64,000 nt of DNA from positions 3,678,277 to 3,742,276 of the forward strand of contig CP070695.1 of NCBI GenBank assembly GCA_020353515.1, written 5' to 3'. The stretch comes from Candidatus Heimdallarchaeota archaeon (lineage in GTDB: Archaea > Asgardarchaeota > Heimdallarchaeia > Hodarchaeales > Hodarchaeaceae). The notes beneath the pieces were generated by a model. That model searched no databases and was not told the origin of the DNA. It saw nothing but the letters and a program-made list of their open reading frames with translations. Both the position numbers and the translations under genes were made by a program. The first letter of the stretch is position 1; each line of letters opens with the position of its first letter. Positions 48,227 to 57,942 of this stretch are shown here, piece by piece.

Positions 48227-49270
48227 TCACTTTCGAAATGTATTTTGTATTTCTTTACCATTTTCTATGATTAACTGGCAAAATTGTACGACAGAGTAAC
48301 AATCATCAATACAGGCCATCTCAATCGGAGTGTGATTATTTTTAGTAGCCGTAAGAACGGGGATAGTTGGTATACCAGCGCCAATCACTCGTACAGGCCC
48401 TGCATCGGTACCTCCGATATTCCAAACCTCTGTTTGAATAGGAACTTTGTTATTTCTAGCTAATTCCAACAGGTAATCACGAACATGGGTGGATAATAGG
48501 GAAGATCTATCTGATAAAGTAATCACTGGTCCTTGACCCATGGCGACTGGGTGTTCGTCATAAGTTATATCCAAAATAAGAGCCATATCTGGTTGAATTT
48601 TCTGAGCTGCCGTTTTCGCTCCACGAGCACCAGCTTCTTCTTCAACTGTTGTTACTAAAAAGACATCATCTAACGGAGGATTCTCCTTCAGATGTTTTGC
48701 TAGGAGAATCAACTCAAAAACTCCTATTCTATTGTCTAATCGGGGAGAACATAATATTCTCTGTGAGGGATCGCCAACAAGAAAAGGATCAATGGAAAAA
48801 TGAACTGGATCTCCGGCTTGAATCCCTAATTTTGTTACCTCTTTTGAGGAACCAGTCCCAACATCTATTTTAAAAGTTAATTTATTTTTATCTTCCTGTT
48901 TAGCATGCATTAAGCCTTTGATATATCTATTTTTGCTTGAGATAACCACGGGCTGGAGGTGACATGCTTGAACGTCTTGATATCCAAAATTGAGACATTT
49001 TATTTGTCCATTTGCGATGCTATGTACTATAAATCCACAAGTATCCATATGGGCTCCAATAAACCATTTAAGCTTCTGGTCACCCTTACCTTGAATTTTA
49101 CAAATCACGGAACCTAGATTATCTCGAGAAATTTCACCATATTTCGCGAGTTCTTTCGTTAGAAATGTTCGAATAGGTGTTTCAAAACCTGATTGTCCTG
49201 GAATTGTAAGACAATTTATCAAAGTCTCATCAATCTGATTATTCAACACAAACACCAATAATTTAACCAT
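48227..49270 (-). CDS. M42 family metallo-aminopeptidase (TET-like)
   Basis: AHMD, LDNR, VEEE, LDIT, GGTDA, NHTP. Confidence 0.88.
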   Translation of the reverse strand: MVKLLVFVLNNQIDETLINCLTIPGQSGFETPIRTFLTKELAKYGEISRDNLGSVICKIQGKGDQKLKWFIGAHMDTCGFIVHSIANGQIKCLNFGYQDVQACHLQPVVISSKNRYIKGLMHAKQEDKNKLTFKIDVGTGSSKEVTKLGIQAGDPVHFSIDPFLVGDPSQRILCSPRLDNRIGVFELILLAKHLKENPPLDDVFLVTTVEEEAGARGAKTAAQKIQPDMALILDITYDEHPVAMGQGPVITLSDRSSLLSTHVRDYLLELARNNKVPIQTEVWNIGGTDAGPVRVIGAGIPTIPVLTATKNNHTPIEMACIDDCYSVVQFCQLIIENGKEIQNTFRK

Positions 49271-49445
49271 AAATTAATTTTTGATAGACTTCTTCATGTG
49301 GAATAGGAACTTTTTGGAATAGGCTTAGAAATGATATTATGACAAAGATACCTGTAATAATTAATATCTTAAAATTCAGTTTTCATGACTTCCTACCTTA
49401 GAAATAAAGATAGCTTCTTAACTTTGAATTGTGATTACTCAGTAG

Positions 49446-50765
49446 GTGATAAACGTGGTTCAGTTTACAAGTATTCAACTTGCAAAAAAGCTGTGTTTTT
49501 GTGCTTTAATTGGTGTGCTTCTCTTATTTAGCACAATTAATATTATCAAATCTTATCCTGGAAGGATTCCTTATTCAGTTCAACAAGAAGGGCCTGAAGA
49601 GGGTGTAGCAAACACAAATGTGAATGTGACACTTAATAGTGACGAAACCACATATCAACGTAACACATTTCTACCAAAAGCGGAAGATATTGGTATCGAA
49701 ATTCTTCACTATTCTGCTATAGCAAAATTAACAACTCATGGGGATCTTTACTTTGAGATTATTGCTGAATTCTCAACTGATAATGATACATCGTGGCAGA
49801 GTAATTATACGGACTTTAAAAATTCTCCAGAAGTAAGGCATTTCCGAGATTTATATGCTCTCCAGGATATTGTTCCAGTAAATATCTCACTCCTTGAAAA
49901 TACTACCAGTTCATTTTCAACTTGGGAAGAGCCTGAGCATCCAGAGTTTGGTCGTCTTTTTGGGATCGAGCAAAGAGTTGTTCTTCGGCAGACAACAGTT
50001 TTTCTTTTGTCACTCCCAGAACCTTTCCAATTTGATCGTAATAAACTTGAATTGTCTCAGCTGTCAGATTTCCATTTTGAATCGGTATATCATTATGATA
50101 AAGAACGTGATGAGCGTGAAATATTCGAATTAGTCCGAATAAAGGCTCCTGGTTCTGTTCTAGAATACCTACCTGCCGTTAAAGGATATTCTGGTATTAT
50201 TTACATGACAGGTTGGGAACCAGAAGCGGTACCGAGATTTCAACGTCAATTTGCTGATGCTCGCCAGCATATTACTTTAAAAATCAAGCTCCCTATTCAA
50301 CAGGATGTTGATTTCTCATTTGACTCACAGTACACAAAAAATCCTCTAACAACAAAGAATGGGAATATCGTGACTTTTGAATTTCCTCCTGATGGAAAAA
50401 TTCCTTATTATGTTAAGATCGACTCTCAAATTCCCTTCCTCGAACAGTTCACTATTACTGACTATGTGGGAATGGCTTTTGGTGCGTTGGCTGCATTAGT
50501 AACATCTGTAAAAGGAATCCCTTATTTTTGGAACCGAAGATCCTATAATAAGTATATCAAAGGACTACGTTCTGCAGTCGACAAAGGTAATATGTCAGAG
50601 TTCAAATTACTCCAAGAGAAAGCAGTGGACAAATATGTTGGTGGTAAATTTTCTACAAACCAATTCGAAGAAGTCCGAAAAGAAATTCAAATGCTAAAAC
50701 GATTAAAAGAAACAACCCCCAAAGAAGAAACTAAATCTCCCTTGGAAGAGCTTCTAGGAACGTGA
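49446..50765 (+). CDS. Membrane protein with large extracellular domain and C-terminal cytoplasmic helical (SHOCT-like) tail
   Basis: N-terminal signal/TM, second TM (YVGMAFGALAALV), tail YVGGKFSTNQFEEVRKEI. Confidence 0.6.
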   Translation: MINVVQFTSIQLAKKLCFCALIGVLLLFSTINIIKSYPGRIPYSVQQEGPEEGVANTNVNVTLNSDETTYQRNTFLPKAEDIGIEILHYSAIAKLTTHGDLYFEIIAEFSTDNDTSWQSNYTDFKNSPEVRHFRDLYALQDIVPVNISLLENTTSSFSTWEEPEHPEFGRLFGIEQRVVLRQTTVFLLSLPEPFQFDRNKLELSQLSDFHFESVYHYDKERDEREIFELVRIKAPGSVLEYLPAVKGYSGIIYMTGWEPEAVPRFQRQFADARQHITLKIKLPIQQDVDFSFDSQYTKNPLTTKNGNIVTFEFPPDGKIPYYVKIDSQIPFLEQFTITDYVGMAFGALAALVTSVKGIPYFWNRRSYNKYIKGLRSAVDKGNMSEFKLLQEKAVDKYVGGKFSTNQFEEVRKEIQMLKRLKETTPKEETKSPLEELLGT

Positions 50766-50782
50766 CCCTATACTCTTTTTTT

Positions 50783-52639
50783 TTATGGTGGAGGAGCTGT
50801 ACTAACAGCTGCTTGTTGGGGTATCTCCCCAAGAGCATATGCCACCTCTTGATGTTTGAAATAGGTGTTGTACAAGGTTGCATATTCCCCGCCTTGAGCT
50901 AATAACCCATCATGTGTTCCTTCCTCAATAATTTTCCCCTGATCTAGAACAATGATCCGATCTGCGTTTTTAACGGTACTCAACCTATGAGCAATAACAA
51001 TGGAGGTTCGCCCTTTCATCAGCTCCTCTAATGATTCTTGAATCATTGATTCTGTATAAGCATCAACAGAGGAAGTTGCCTCATCCAAAATGAGAATTCT
51101 TGGATCTGCGAGAAGAGCACGTGCGAAACTGACAAGTTGTCTTTGTCCAGTGCTTAATAAGCAACCACCTTCACCCACTTGGGTTTGTAGCCCGTCTTTC
51201 AGATATTCTAGAATCTCATTAACCCTTGAAATCTTTAGAGCTCGTTGCAAGTCTTCCTCACTGGCATCTTTACGGCCATATGTTATATTTTCGAGAATTG
51301 TGCCATTGAAGAGAAAAGGAGTCTGCAAAACAATACCGAGATGCTTACGGTAGGATTTTAATTTAATGTCTCGAATATGAAGGTCGTCAACAAGGATTTT
51401 TCCTTCTTGAAACTCGTAAAATCGCGCAAGTAATGAAATTATTGAAGTTTTACCAGCACCAGTATGACCGACTATTGCTAATTTTTCTCCTGGGGGGATT
51501 GTTAAAGAAAAGTCTCTCAATACTGGCGCATCAGCAACATATTCAAAGTCCACATTTTGAAACTCTATTTTTCCCTCTATTTGATCTACCTCAATATCAC
51601 CTAAATCTTTTACATCTGGTTCCGAATCAAGAACCTGAAGTATGCGTTCATATCCTGCAAATCCAGCTTGTAGCTGTGAATAAAAGTTTACTAACTGAGT
51701 GATAGGGAAGAAAAATCTCGTTAAGTAAGTTAAGAACACATATAAGATTCCTGCCGTTATAAAACCTAGATTCGATATAGCTGCTTGCCCTCCAATCGCT
51801 AGAATAGCCACTGTACCAATAGCTGATAATAAATCCACAAAAGGAAAGAACATTCCCATAGAACAACTTCTTCTAAAACCTGCAACAAAATGTCGCCTGT
51901 TAATGTCCTTAAACTCTCCTAAAATCTCAGTTTCTACTCCAAATGACTTACTAACCTGAATACCATTTACAGATTCAGCCATAGCAGAGTTTACTGCAGC
52001 GTGAGCCCTACGGAAGCTCATACTAGTTATTCTCGCGACTCTACGAAACAAATAACTCATGATCAATAGAATTGGAATAACCAATGCAGACATTAGTGCC
52101 AATGGTAAGTTGATAAATGCTAGCACAATAAAAATCAGAATCAAGATAAGAAATTGTCCTGCAATAGTCATCACAATGGAAATGGCTACCCCATAATCTG
52201 ATGCATCACTTGAAACACGTGAATTTAATCGGCCACTCCGATGCTGATCAAAGAACTTCATATCTTGCTTTTGAAGAGCAGCAAAAATATCCGCCCTTAG
52301 ATTGACCATAAAATCAGGTACAAACTTTGCAGATTGAATATTAATGATATAATCAGCTACCCATGAAAATATAAACAATAAAAGGTAGCTAACACCACCA
52401 CTTAATAAGACCAAGAACATTAAATCAGTGATATGAGGATTTTGAAGTGTATCGATCATATTTGCAAAAATCAAAGGAGTCAGTAAGCCCGTGACAGTCA
52501 CAATAACCATAGTAATAGTAGAAATAATCACTGGTCGCTTAAATGGCGCAACTCTCTCAATGCTTCGTCGTATTAATTCTCTATCTGAATATTTTCTTTC
52601 CTGATCCCTCCGATCTATCCCTTCAAAAATCCAACCCAT
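50783..52639 (-). CDS. Type IV ABC exporter subunit (TMD+NBD)
   Basis: GHTGAGKT, LSTGQRQ, LDEATSSVD, AHRLST. Confidence 0.92.
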   Translation of the reverse strand: MGWIFEGIDRRDQERKYSDRELIRRSIERVAPFKRPVIISTITMVIVTVTGLLTPLIFANMIDTLQNPHITDLMFLVLLSGGVSYLLLFIFSWVADYIINIQSAKFVPDFMVNLRADIFAALQKQDMKFFDQHRSGRLNSRVSSDASDYGVAISIVMTIAGQFLILILIFIVLAFINLPLALMSALVIPILLIMSYLFRRVARITSMSFRRAHAAVNSAMAESVNGIQVSKSFGVETEILGEFKDINRRHFVAGFRRSCSMGMFFPFVDLLSAIGTVAILAIGGQAAISNLGFITAGILYVFLTYLTRFFFPITQLVNFYSQLQAGFAGYERILQVLDSEPDVKDLGDIEVDQIEGKIEFQNVDFEYVADAPVLRDFSLTIPPGEKLAIVGHTGAGKTSIISLLARFYEFQEGKILVDDLHIRDIKLKSYRKHLGIVLQTPFLFNGTILENITYGRKDASEEDLQRALKISRVNEILEYLKDGLQTQVGEGGCLLSTGQRQLVSFARALLADPRILILDEATSSVDAYTESMIQESLEELMKGRTSIVIAHRLSTVKNADRIIVLDQGKIIEEGTHDGLLAQGGEYATLYNTYFKHQEVAYALGEIPQQAAVSTAPPP

Positions 52640-54472
52640 CTAGGAACCTCCAAATGCGGGTAATGCTGGTTGACTCACTTCTAAGGGAGGAAGTTCAACA
52701 TTTTTGCCGAAAATCCGACGATAATCTGGTGATGTGAGAATTAAGTTGGAATGATGCCCTTTAGCAACAATCTTCCCGCCTTTAATGACAATAATGCAAT
52801 CAGCTTGTCGGATTGTAGATAATCTGTGTGTAATAACAAAGGTTGTTCTGCCTAGTATTACGGAATTTATTGCTTTTACTATCCTTTCTTCAGTCTTCGA
52901 GTCTACAGAACTCGTTGAATCATCAAAAATTAAGATACTAGGATTTGTAAGAAAGGTTCTAGCTAAAGCGATTCTCTGTCTCTGGCCCCCAGATAGTTGG
53001 CTCCCCCCCTCTCCTACATAAGTATCGTAATCCTTTGGTAATTTCATGATAAAGTCATGAGCTTGGGCTAGTCGAGCAGCTTTCTCAATATCTTCCTGAC
53101 TTGCGTCTCGCGCACCAAATACGATATTTTCCTTAATTGATCGTGGAAAGAGATAGATGTCTTGTTCTATTCGTCCAAAACTCTTTCGTAATGATTCTAA
53201 AGAGTATTCTTTGATATTGACCCCATCTATCGTTATTTCTCCGTCGTAATCATAAAGTCTGAGTAATAGGTTTGTTAAAGAAGATTTTCCTGATCCAGTA
53301 GGACCAACAATGGCAACTGTTTGCCCTGGTGCTACAGCAAAGCTGATATTATCCAAAACGGGCTTCTTTGATGTAGGATACTTGAATGATACATTCTTGA
53401 ACCTGATAACACCTGTAATATGGGAGGGAAACTCTTTTTCTCCCTTACCATTCTCCTCGCTTTCCTCTCGAACTTCCATCGCATGAATTCTACGTGCCCC
53501 TGCCATTCCACCATTGAAAAGTCGGATGGCAAAACCTATAACGTATGTAGGAACTAATAAACTGATTAACAAACCATTAAAAGCAATGAGACCTCCGATT
53601 GTTAGCTTTCCGAGTACTACTAAGTACGATCCTGCTAACACAGAGAACCCAATGGCCGCAAATAAGATAAGAGTGGGAAAATAGCGAGCTTGAAGTATTT
53701 GTTGACGGTACCAAGCTCGTTTAAAGTCAAGAACATATTTCATAAACTTCTGACGTTCATAAGATTCCTCTGCGAATGCTCGAACAACTTCAGCTCCAGT
53801 TATGTTATCCTGAACTGCAGTGGCGATGGCACTCCATTTCCTCATAAAAGTTGCACTAATAGGCCCCATTTTACGATTAAAGGTGAAAACCGCCCATAGA
53901 TATACGATTAGAAATGGAATTGATATGATTAACAGTTCAGGTGAGTTTAATACCCCTAATACTAAGATAGCAGAGAGTAATATCGAGATAAATACGTCAG
54001 ATATCATCGAAATACCAGGACTAATTAAACCGCCGACTTGTCCCATATCGTTTGTGGCAAGAGCCATTAATTCTCCAGTTCTAACTGAATCATGAAATTT
54101 AAGAGGTTTGTTCTGCATCAAATGAAAGAATTCCTCTCGAATTCGACGTTGGGCACTCCAAGCAAGCCAATCATTAGTAAGGGTTGTCACAACTCCAATA
54201 ACAAAACGAAAGATTCCTAGGAATATTAGAAAAAGGACAAAATCGTTTAATAGAGATAGTTGTGCTTCAGAGGACAACACATCCCCTTTGTCAATAATTG
54301 CAAGATCGATAGCTTGCCCTAAAATAATAGGAATCAGTAATCGACTGAAAATTCCAATCGCTGTTCCTACGATTACACCGATAATGATCAGAGGATTGTG
54401 CGTCAAATGACCCAGTAACCAGCGAGTAAATGATTTTTTAAATTTTTGGGGAGAACTCATACTTTTCGACAC
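52640..54472 (-). CDS. Type IV ABC exporter subunit (TMD+NBD), degenerate-site partner of the heterodimer
   Basis: GPTGSGKS, LSGGQRQ, non-canonical Walker B FDDSTS. Confidence 0.92.
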   Translation of the reverse strand: MSKSMSSPQKFKKSFTRWLLGHLTHNPLIIIGVIVGTAIGIFSRLLIPIILGQAIDLAIIDKGDVLSSEAQLSLLNDFVLFLIFLGIFRFVIGVVTTLTNDWLAWSAQRRIREEFFHLMQNKPLKFHDSVRTGELMALATNDMGQVGGLISPGISMISDVFISILLSAILVLGVLNSPELLIISIPFLIVYLWAVFTFNRKMGPISATFMRKWSAIATAVQDNITGAEVVRAFAEESYERQKFMKYVLDFKRAWYRQQILQARYFPTLILFAAIGFSVLAGSYLVVLGKLTIGGLIAFNGLLISLLVPTYVIGFAIRLFNGGMAGARRIHAMEVREESEENGKGEKEFPSHITGVIRFKNVSFKYPTSKKPVLDNISFAVAPGQTVAIVGPTGSGKSSLTNLLLRLYDYDGEITIDGVNIKEYSLESLRKSFGRIEQDIYLFPRSIKENIVFGARDASQEDIEKAARLAQAHDFIMKLPKDYDTYVGEGGSQLSGGQRQRIALARTFLTNPSILIFDDSTSSVDSKTEERIVKAINSVILGRTTFVITHRLSTIRQADCIIVIKGGKIVAKGHHSNLILTSPDYRRIFGKNVELPPLEVSQPALPAFGGS

Positions 54473-54571
54473 AATAAATATAGTGAGTTTGTGATTTAAA
54501 AGTAAAGAGTTTGTGGCAAAATGAGCTGAATGCTATAGAACATAATTTTTCAAATCTAGAGAGATCAAAAT

Positions 54572-54614
54572 AAAAAAAGGGGAGAAATGGAAAAATTATT
54601 TCTTATTTTTCCAT
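54572..54614 (-). terminator. Hairpin followed by an oligo-T tract on the minus strand
   Basis: 10-bp stem ATGGAAAAAT (54587-96)/ATTTTTCCAT (54605-14), then TTCTCCCC and T7 on the minus strand. Confidence 0.5.
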
Positions 54615-54940
54615 AGATTTAAGTGTCGGTCTCCACAACTATACTATACTTTGAATTCAGTTAATCCTGGTAATATCACTGCTTGTAGGTAAAGAATGCC
54701 AATCGCAATAGATCATAAGTGAGTATTGATGAAATACCAAGAGGTTATTTAATTAGTCTATCTTATAAGGGATTTTTTCTTTGATTTTGGTGTAACTATG
54801 TTTTATAACCCCTGATGTTGAAGTTACTTATATCAAAGTAGGACTGAATTGTCAGTCCTTCAAAGGAACATAGGAAAAGGAAAGACTAGTTTAGTGGGCA
54901 GTAGGCCTTTTTTCTTTCTATAATACTTTACCAGCTTCTG

Positions 54941-54985
54941 TATATTTATAACCTCACAGTGAGTAGGACTATCCTGTCATGACAG
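54941..54985 (+). promoter_or_regulatory. Putative uvrA promoter (TATA) and palindrome over the start codon
   Basis: TTTATAA at 54945-51, about 28 nt before the ATG (leaderless spacing). Perfect palindrome CTGTCATGACAG at 54974-85. Confidence 0.45.
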
Positions 54986-57867
54986 ACGAGGAAAAAGAAT
55001 ATATTTATGTTCAAAACGCTCAGGTTCATAATCTTCGGAATCTGACAGTATCTATTCCTCGTAATCAACTGGTAGTCATTACTGGGGTGAGCGGGTCAGG
55101 GAAATCAAGTCTTGCATTTGATGTGATTTTTGCAGAAGGACAACGACGATATGTGGAATCATTAAGTGCATATGCCCGCCAATTTCTAGGGAGGATGCAA
55201 AAACCAGACGTTGAGCTAATTGAAGGATTATCACCAGCTGTTTCTATTGAACAGAAAACAACAAGTAAAAATCCGAGATCGACAGTTGGGACTCAAACAG
55301 AAATTTTTGATTATCTACGATTATTATTCGCCAATATTGGTATTCCTCATTGTGTCTCTTGCGGAAAGGAACTACGGATCCAAACACCTCAATCTATTGT
55401 CAGATCATTACTTACATGGGAAGAGGGAACACGTATTAAGATTCTAGCTCCAATCATTAGAGGAAAAAAGGGTACTCACCATACTCAATGGGATAGATTA
55501 ATGGAAATGGGATTTATTCGAGTTAGAGTGAATGGTGTTGAATATGAACTAGCTGATCCTCCCACACTTGACCGTTACAAACTCCATTCCATTGAAGCAG
55601 TAGTCGATCGACTCATCATTAAACCCAATATTCGAACCCGATTGGTTGAATCAATAGAGCAAGCTCTTAATCTTGGGGAAGGGGTTACAATAATATCAAA
55701 GGTGAATGCAGATACGGAGGAGGACTTTTTCTTCAGTGAAAACTATGCTTGTCCTGATTGTGAGCTCTCCTATGAAGAATTAAAACCTAGGAATTTCAGC
55801 TTTAACTCACCCTGGGGGTCATGTTCTGAATGTCAGGGATTGGGTACTACTTTACGCGTTGATCCTGACTTGATCATTACAAATCCAAGTCTTTCCTATC
55901 GTGAAGGAGGAGTTATGGATAAACCACTTACCCCAGGAACATGGCGTTTCTCTTATTATACTTCTCTTGCGAAATCTTGGGATGATTTCTCTGTTGATAC
56001 ACCTCTGCGGGATTTACCACCAGATGTAATAAATAGATTACTTTATGGATCAAAAACAAGCATGAGTGTTGTTTTTGAATCCGAAAATAGCCGTTGGGAA
56101 TCTAAAAGACATCGTCACGAAGGTCTTGTTAATACAATACGACGGAGATATAATGAAACAAAAAGTGAGTCAGCTCGTTCTTATTATGAACGATTTATGC
56201 GAAGAGATGCCTGTACTAGCTGCAGGGGGAAACGTTTAAAACCAGAATCTCTTGCTGTTACGATCCAAGATAAGAATATCATCGAAATTACAGAAATGAC
56301 TGTAGATAAATGTCTAGATTGGATAAGGGAACTTCGTTCTCATCTAACAGAGACTCATCTTAAAATTGCTACAAATATACTACGGGAAATTGGGTCCCGA
56401 TTAGATTTTCTTATATCAGTAGGACTGCCATATTTGACAATAGACCGAACTTCTATGACTCTCTCTGGAGGAGAATCGCAGAGAATCCGTCTAGCCACAC
56501 AGATTGGATCAGCCTTGGTAGGAGTTACCTATGTTCTGGATGAACCCTCCATTGGATTACATGCTCGAGATCAACAGAAGTTATTAGACTCACTAAAAAA
56601 TCTTCGTGCGATAGGAAATACTGTATTAGCTGTCGAACACGACCACCAAACAATTTTAGCTGCTGATCATGTCATTGACTTGGGTCCAGGACCAGGAATT
56701 CATGGAGGAACGTTAGTCGTTCAAGGAACACCAGAGGATATTATGAAATGTCCTACTTCCACAACAGGGGCTTATCTTTCAGGAAAAAAGAAAATAAAAA
56801 TTCCAGAAAACCGCAAAATTGGTAATGGGGAGAAGATCACAATTATTGGAGCTTCGGAAAACAATTTGAAGAAAATCAATGTAGATTTTCAGTTGGGCCG
56901 ATTTATCTGTATCACAGGAGTCTCTGGATCAGGAAAATCTTCACTGATGAATGATACTCTTTATCCAGGTCTTAGGAAATATCTTCATGGATCCCGAAAG
57001 AAAGTGGGAAAACATGAAAAATTTAAGGGACTTGAATTTGTTGACAAAGTCATCAACATTGACCAAAGTCCGATTGGCAGAACCCCGCGGTCAAATCCTG
57101 CAACTTATACAGGTGTTTGGGATAACATTCGGGCTTTATTCGCTCAGACAAAAGAAGCCAAAGTGCGGGGGTATAAACAAGGACGTTTTAGCTTCAATGT
57201 GAAAGGAGGACGCTGTGAGACCTGTAGAGGAGGAGGCCAAATCAGAATTGAGTTGTCCTTCTTGCCGGATGTGTGGATTACCTGTGATGATTGTAAAGGA
57301 AAAAGATACAATACTGAAACACTAGAAATTAGGTATAAGGGAAAAAATATATCTGATGTCTTAAATATGACAGCTGAGGAAGCACTGGAATTTTTTGCTA
57401 ATATTCCAAAGATTAAACATAAGTTACAAACTATTGTAGACGTTGGTTTGAGTTACATTAAATTAGGCCAACCTGCAACAACTTTATCTGGTGGAGAAGC
57501 TCAACGTGTCAAATTATCTAAAGAACTATCAAAAAGGTCTACAGGAAAAACATTTTACATTTTAGATGAACCTACAACAGGGCTTTCAACCCATGATATC
57601 TCTTACCTCTTAACTGTTCTTCAGAGACTAGTCAAAGAAGGCAATACAGTCGTTATTATTGAGCATAACCTTGATGTTATCAAGACTGCTGATTGGATTA
57701 TTGAATTAGGTCCAGAAGGTGGGGATAACGGAGGAGAAATTCTTGCTACTGGAACCCCAGAGGAAATTGCACAGATTGAATGTCCTACTGGCATTTATTT
57801 ACGGGAGATATTTCAGATAACAAAATCGACTGGCCTAGTAAAGTCCTCAATTGAGACTATCAACTAG
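54979..57867 (+). CDS. uvrA: Excinuclease ABC subunit A
   Basis: Two ABC ATPase domains (GVSGSGKSS twice; LSGGESQR, LSGGEAQR), zinc-finger CxxC pairs, EGQRRYVESLS. Confidence 0.97.
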   Translation: MTDEEKEYIYVQNAQVHNLRNLTVSIPRNQLVVITGVSGSGKSSLAFDVIFAEGQRRYVESLSAYARQFLGRMQKPDVELIEGLSPAVSIEQKTTSKNPRSTVGTQTEIFDYLRLLFANIGIPHCVSCGKELRIQTPQSIVRSLLTWEEGTRIKILAPIIRGKKGTHHTQWDRLMEMGFIRVRVNGVEYELADPPTLDRYKLHSIEAVVDRLIIKPNIRTRLVESIEQALNLGEGVTIISKVNADTEEDFFFSENYACPDCELSYEELKPRNFSFNSPWGSCSECQGLGTTLRVDPDLIITNPSLSYREGGVMDKPLTPGTWRFSYYTSLAKSWDDFSVDTPLRDLPPDVINRLLYGSKTSMSVVFESENSRWESKRHRHEGLVNTIRRRYNETKSESARSYYERFMRRDACTSCRGKRLKPESLAVTIQDKNIIEITEMTVDKCLDWIRELRSHLTETHLKIATNILREIGSRLDFLISVGLPYLTIDRTSMTLSGGESQRIRLATQIGSALVGVTYVLDEPSIGLHARDQQKLLDSLKNLRAIGNTVLAVEHDHQTILAADHVIDLGPGPGIHGGTLVVQGTPEDIMKCPTSTTGAYLSGKKKIKIPENRKIGNGEKITIIGASENNLKKINVDFQLGRFICITGVSGSGKSSLMNDTLYPGLRKYLHGSRKKVGKHEKFKGLEFVDKVINIDQSPIGRTPRSNPATYTGVWDNIRALFAQTKEAKVRGYKQGRFSFNVKGGRCETCRGGGQIRIELSFLPDVWITCDDCKGKRYNTETLEIRYKGKNISDVLNMTAEEALEFFANIPKIKHKLQTIVDVGLSYIKLGQPATTLSGGEAQRVKLSKELSKRSTGKTFYILDEPTTGLSTHDISYLLTVLQRLVKEGNTVVIIEHNLDVIKTADWIIELGPEGGDNGGEILATGTPEEIAQIECPTGIYLREIFQITKSTGLVKSSIETIN

Positions 57868-57942
57868 ACTTATTGAATAACTAATTTTCTTCTCTATTAC
57901 TTAATATCCATGTTTTTAAAGAAAAAAATCATATAGCGTTTT

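Noticed and set aside
54603-54716. Readthrough of TGA and TAG in the short minus-strand ORF (Sec/Pyl peptide)
   Set aside because: The extended peptide has no recognisable motif. Two different in-frame stops are expected by chance in non-coding DNA.
54655-54720. Box C/D guide RNA (a CTGA with an upstream stretch partly complementary to the 16S 5' end)
   Set aside because: No good RUGAUGA box, atypical spacing, and only about 9 bp of complementarity.
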